Shown here one piece after another: positions 60,052-64,000 of a DNA stretch of 64,000 nucleotides. The notes beneath the pieces are model-generated. The model worked only from the letters and a program-made list of their open reading frames with translations. It was not told the DNA's origin and made no database searches. The number at the start of each line of letters is the position of its first letter. The first letter of the stretch is position 1. Origin of the DNA: Anaeramoeba ignava BMAN (Eukaryota > Protista > Anaeramoebae); assembly GCA_028826165.1 (NCBI GenBank), contig JAPDFW010000115.1, positions 118,564 through 182,563 of the forward strand, read 5' to 3'. The translations under genes and the position numbers were made by a program.

Positions 60052-62970
60052 TTAATTTTTTTGATTTGTTTTGATAAATTTCTCAAAAAATTTCTTTAAT
60101 TCTGTTAATAATTCAATGGCTTGTTTACTCTTTTCTTCTTTTGCTAATTGTAATGCTGTTTTTTTCTTATCAGTTAAACATTCCATATATTTTAATTTAT
60201 TTAAAGCTACTTCTTCACTAATATTTGAACTCAAAATATCATAAAAAATTAAAAATTGGATTGAATCAATTTCATTGTTTGCAGCTGCATAATGAAGAGC
60301 TGTCCAATCTGATGGTCCTTTAATAGAATCAAGTGGAGAATTTGTTTGTGAATAATATTGTAATGAAGAAAGATGTCCAACAGATGATGCAATACAAACT
60401 GATGGATGTTTTGACCATCTTGAGAAATTTGCATATTTGATTTCATCATTTTTTTTCAAAAATGAATAAAGTCGTGCATCAAAAAATTTCTTTAAACGTT
60501 TTGAAAGTTCTTTTTCATCAATTTCTTGTTTTGTGAAAATTTCATCAATTTTTTTAAAACTTTCTTTATCCATTCTATATCTTCCAATTCCTAAACCTTC
60601 TCGTTCTTCTTCTTTCTCTTCTTCTTTCTCTTTCTCTTTCTCTTTTTTTTTTGTTTTTTCTTCTAATTGTTGTCGAGTTGTCTCAAATACTTTGTTTGTA
60701 ACATATCCAATTCCAAATCTTCTTGGATTTGGTGTTCCAGAAAATTCATAATTAGCATATCGGTATTCTTCAACAATATCGCAAAACTTATTCAATAAAT
60801 TATCCTCTTGATTATCCAAATCTTCAATCATTTCAACTCCATAATTCCATATTCTTCTTATATTCTCAGGCGAAATCTCATCAATTGAAACAGAATCAAT
60901 TTCAGGATCAAAAGGAGTAAATCTGAAATATCGATCACCAATCATATTTGTACAAATCCTATTTGTCAGATTAGCAGTAACTTGATTCTCTTGATAAAGG
61001 AAATTTTTGCTTTGTGTTAAGAATCCAATAACTCCAAGATTAGCTCTCCAATTATAAACAGGAGTTAAATTATCAGTGGATGTATTGAGTGATAGTAAAT
61101 AAGTATCATCCAGTGAATAATTACTGATATCTCTGCATGTTACCAATGCGGCTGCTGCTGGATTATTGATAATAAATCCTCCATCAACAAAAGTGATTCT
61201 TTTTCCATCATTTTTCTCCAAAGTAAGAGGCGGAAAAATTGGAGCTGCAGCTGAAGTTGCACCTGCGACATGTGCCATTTTAAAACTGGAATCATCAATC
61301 AAAGTTAATGAATAATCTTCGTTTAATCGAAATAATCCACTTTTATATGGATCTGAAATTGGATAATTTGCAAATACACATGCTCCATAATTTTCTGCTG
61401 ATGTTGTTACCATAATCCCTCTGTTCTTAATTGTATCTGTGATTGTGCATCCTCCAAATATTTTATCTAATTCTCCATCAATTCCTTTTCTTGTATAAGC
61501 TGAATATAATAGAAAATCAGGTCCATTCATAATTGGATCTAAAATTGTTCTTGAATTTGATGACCATCTTTCAAATAGTTTGTATCTTTGCTCTCCAATA
61601 TAGATATCTAATGCTTCTCTTGGTGAAAGACTAATAGGTCCTCTTGTTAATGCAAGTGATATTATCCCACCTGTTGATGTTCCAGCATAAAAATCAAAAA
61701 TATCTTGAATTCTCAAATGAGTTCTTCTTTCAATTTCTGTTAAAAGAATACAAGGAACAATTCCTCTAATTCCTCCTCCATCTATAGAAAGTATAAATTT
61801 TTTTGAAGGATCCTTTGTTTGTTTTGTTTTTGGATTGATTTCTGGTTCTTCAATAAATTTGAATTTCTTTTCTTCTTCCTTTTCTTCTTCTTTCTTTTCT
61901 TCTTCTTTCTTTTCTGGAATTATATATTTCAATACATCTTGAATCATTCCTGCTCTTTCATCTTTTGGATCTAAAAATAATAATGAATTTAATAAATTCA
62001 CAATTGACTCTTCATAATTTCCCAAATCAAATTGAATCAATGATTTCCAAATCCAACTATTTGCTTTCATTTCATTTTTTTCTTCTTCTTTTTGTTTGAC
62101 TTTTTCTTCGTTTTCAATTTCTTCTTTAGCATTCTTAAGTGTTTCTTCAATTATTTTTTTAGTAAATACATCAATATCCTCATCTTTAAATAAATTATCT
62201 AATATCCTATAAGATTGTTGATATCTTTTGTCACCAAGTAATTGTTTAGCTTCAAGTAATAACAAATTTGGGTTTTTCATCATAAACGGTTGAGGATTTC
62301 CAGTAAGTGAATTTACTATTGGAGGAATTAATCGATCTAATGTTTGGCTTTCAAGAATCTTTTTTTTCTCTTTTTTATCTTTTCCCAATATATCAAGAAC
62401 AATTAAATCAACCAATCTTTCATTATCTTTTGATTCTAATATTTCTTTTTCTTGTTTTTCACAATCTTTTCCAAAAAGATCTTCAAGATCTTTAAGTGTA
62501 ATTTTAGCTTCTAATTTATCATCTTCATTTTTCTTCTTTTTTTCAATAATTTTAGGTTTCACAATATTGAAAAATGATTCTGAGTAAATTCACTAACATT
62601 TTTGAAATTTTGTAAAAACATTTTTATTGGCTAAATCTTTTTCTAAAAATGTTTTGGATTCTTCTTTTTGTTTTAATTTAACAATAAAATTTTTTGATTG
62701 TTTTGTAAATTTCAATTTTAATTTGTTTAATTCTTTGTTTTGCCATTCTCCAACTATTTTTCTTTCATTATTTTTAATTGTAAAATTTTGATTTTGATTT
62801 TGATTTTGATTTTCATTTGTTTGATTTTCTTTTTGATTTTCTTTTTGTTTATCAAAAATTTTTTGCATTAATGATTTAAATTGAAGATCTTCTTTAAGTT
62901 TTTCAGTTAATTTCAAAAAAGAATTGTTCTTAATTTCTTCTTTGTTATTATTATTATTTTCTTGTTTCAT
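60052..62970 (-). CDS. Patatin-like phospholipase with N-terminal TPR-like helices and C-terminal ankyrin repeats
   Basis: Patatin motifs LSIDGGGIRG, GTSTG and DGG; ankyrin motifs WTALHYAAANNEIDSIQFLI and TALQLAKE. ORF 62970-62593 is in frame with ORF 62562-60052 but separated by TAG TGA (short intron or indel errors), so the 5' structure is uncertain. Confidence 0.88.
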
Positions 62971-63083
62971 TTCCTTGTTTTTCTTTTTAATAAAATAGTA
63001 TTAAATTTTTATTAAAATTTAAAAGTAAAAATGAAACAAATTTTTTTTTCATTTTTTTTTTTGCTTTTTTTTTTCATAATAAA

Positions 63084-63860
63084 ATGATTCAGTTTTATTC
63101 TCTTTATTTTATTTTATTTTTTTTACTTTTTCTTTTATTAATAAAATCTTCACCAATTAATGAAGATGATTGGGAAATTGAATATACAGGATATGGTTCA
63201 AGTAAAATAATAATTTTTAATTTTAAATTTTAATTTTAATTTTTAATTTTAATTTTAATTTTTAAAAAGTTACTTTTTGATCAAGGAAAAGTAACTTTAA
63301 TTCCCTCAAGCTTCAATATCATCAGGGAGAAACACATGCAGGATTAGTATTATCAAAACAAACATGGGCAGAATTTAAAAAGTAACTGTTATAGCTAAAA
63401 CAAATTCTCAATTAAGAACACCAACTCCAAATTCATGGGAAGTTTTTGGTTATTTTTAATTATAAAGAATTGGAAATGAAAAGAAACAAATTATTTCATT
63501 TTAAAAACAAATGGAATTGAATTAGGAACTGCTTCAGAAACTGTTGCTCAAAATTTTTTGGAAACTGATTCAACTCCAACTATTAATTTAGGTCAAAATT
63601 ATCAATATATTGTTGAAATGAAAAATGGTTTATTAAATATTTGGATTGATTCTAATTTAGTTATTCAAGATTATGATTTTATTCAATCTAATCCTGATAA
63701 AAATCTTTATACTTTTAAAGGAATGATTGGTTTATATACAGAAGATGCTTCAGTTACAATTTCTGATTTTAATATTGAAAGTTATGATACTTCTTCTTCT
63801 TTTATTTTTACTTTTTCTTTTTCATTTTTATTTTTATTATTTTATTATTTTAAAAATTAA
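63084..63860 (+). CDS. Secreted, possibly GPI-anchored ConA-like (DUF1080-like) protein of bacterial appearance; frameshifted in this sequence
   Basis: Exon 1 63084-63201 (signal peptide ...DWEIEYTGYGS), intron 63202-63269. Exon 2 can be reconstructed across ~7 homopolymer indels: TLIPQAS.SSGETHAGLVLS...SQLRTPTPNSWEVFWLFFNY...NYFILKTNGIELG...GMIGLYTEDASV. Hydrophobic C-terminus. Confidence 0.65.
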
Positions 63861-64000
63861 AAACAAATTATTTTTCTTTCTTTTTTTTATTTCAATTTCA
63901 TTATTAAAAGTAAAATTAAAATAAAAAGTAATTAAAAAAAAAATATAAATTGATTTTGGAAATTTTTAAATTAAAATTTCAATTTCAATTTTAAACTCCA

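Noticed and set aside
59313-60086. 257-aa ORF as one gene
   Set aside because: Mostly microsatellite; only 59471-59374 is real (exon 1 of the HAP2-like gene).
1-64000. Inteins, transposases, reverse transcriptase, tRNA/rRNA, telomeric repeats
   Set aside because: No Hint splice-junction motifs, LAGLIDADG, DDE or RT motifs, structured GC-rich RNA genes or G-rich telomere units were recognised by eye; an HMM/Infernal scan would be needed to exclude them formally.

Overview
Extremely AT-rich, intron-containing eukaryotic (protist) genomic DNA, standard genetic code, GT-AG introns. No rRNA, tRNA, CRISPR or transposase was recognised. The style (hexamer microsatellites, RCC1-BTB and FAM11A/TMEM185 genes, EN/KE/QN repeats in proteins) resembles an anaerobic metamonad such as Anaeramoeba; this is an inference. 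About 17 genes could be spliced by hand: 5' half of a HUWE1/TOM1/UPL1-type E3 ligase, PP2A catalytic subunit, an F-box + TMEM185 membrane protein, G-alpha, beta-COP, VPS51, a CS + SEL1 + tail-anchor protein (Tom36/ATOM69-like architecture), an LRR protein, a C2 + Q/P-rich protein, CDC14, an ARM-repeat gene, two tandem FG-GAP-propeller/FN3 surface receptors, an RCC1-BTB gene plus a truncated copy, a divergent HAP2/GCS1-like fusexin, a TPR-patatin-ankyrin protein and a frameshifted bacterial-like secreted protein. A 4.75-kb satellite of ~168-bp units lies at 11.4-16.2 kb, and most long introns are filled with simple repeats. Top leads: (1) a HAP2-like fusexin that appears to lack the cd fusion loop and has an extra Cys-rich/EGF stalk; (2) paralogous surface receptors with near-identical stalks but hypervariable, segment-shuffled 7-blade heads; (3) an ARM gene with eight consecutive exons of exactly 129 nt, all phase 1-1. 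'Ghost' exon copies inside two repeat-filled introns are most likely consensus artefacts. All homology calls are by-eye motif recognition, not database searches.
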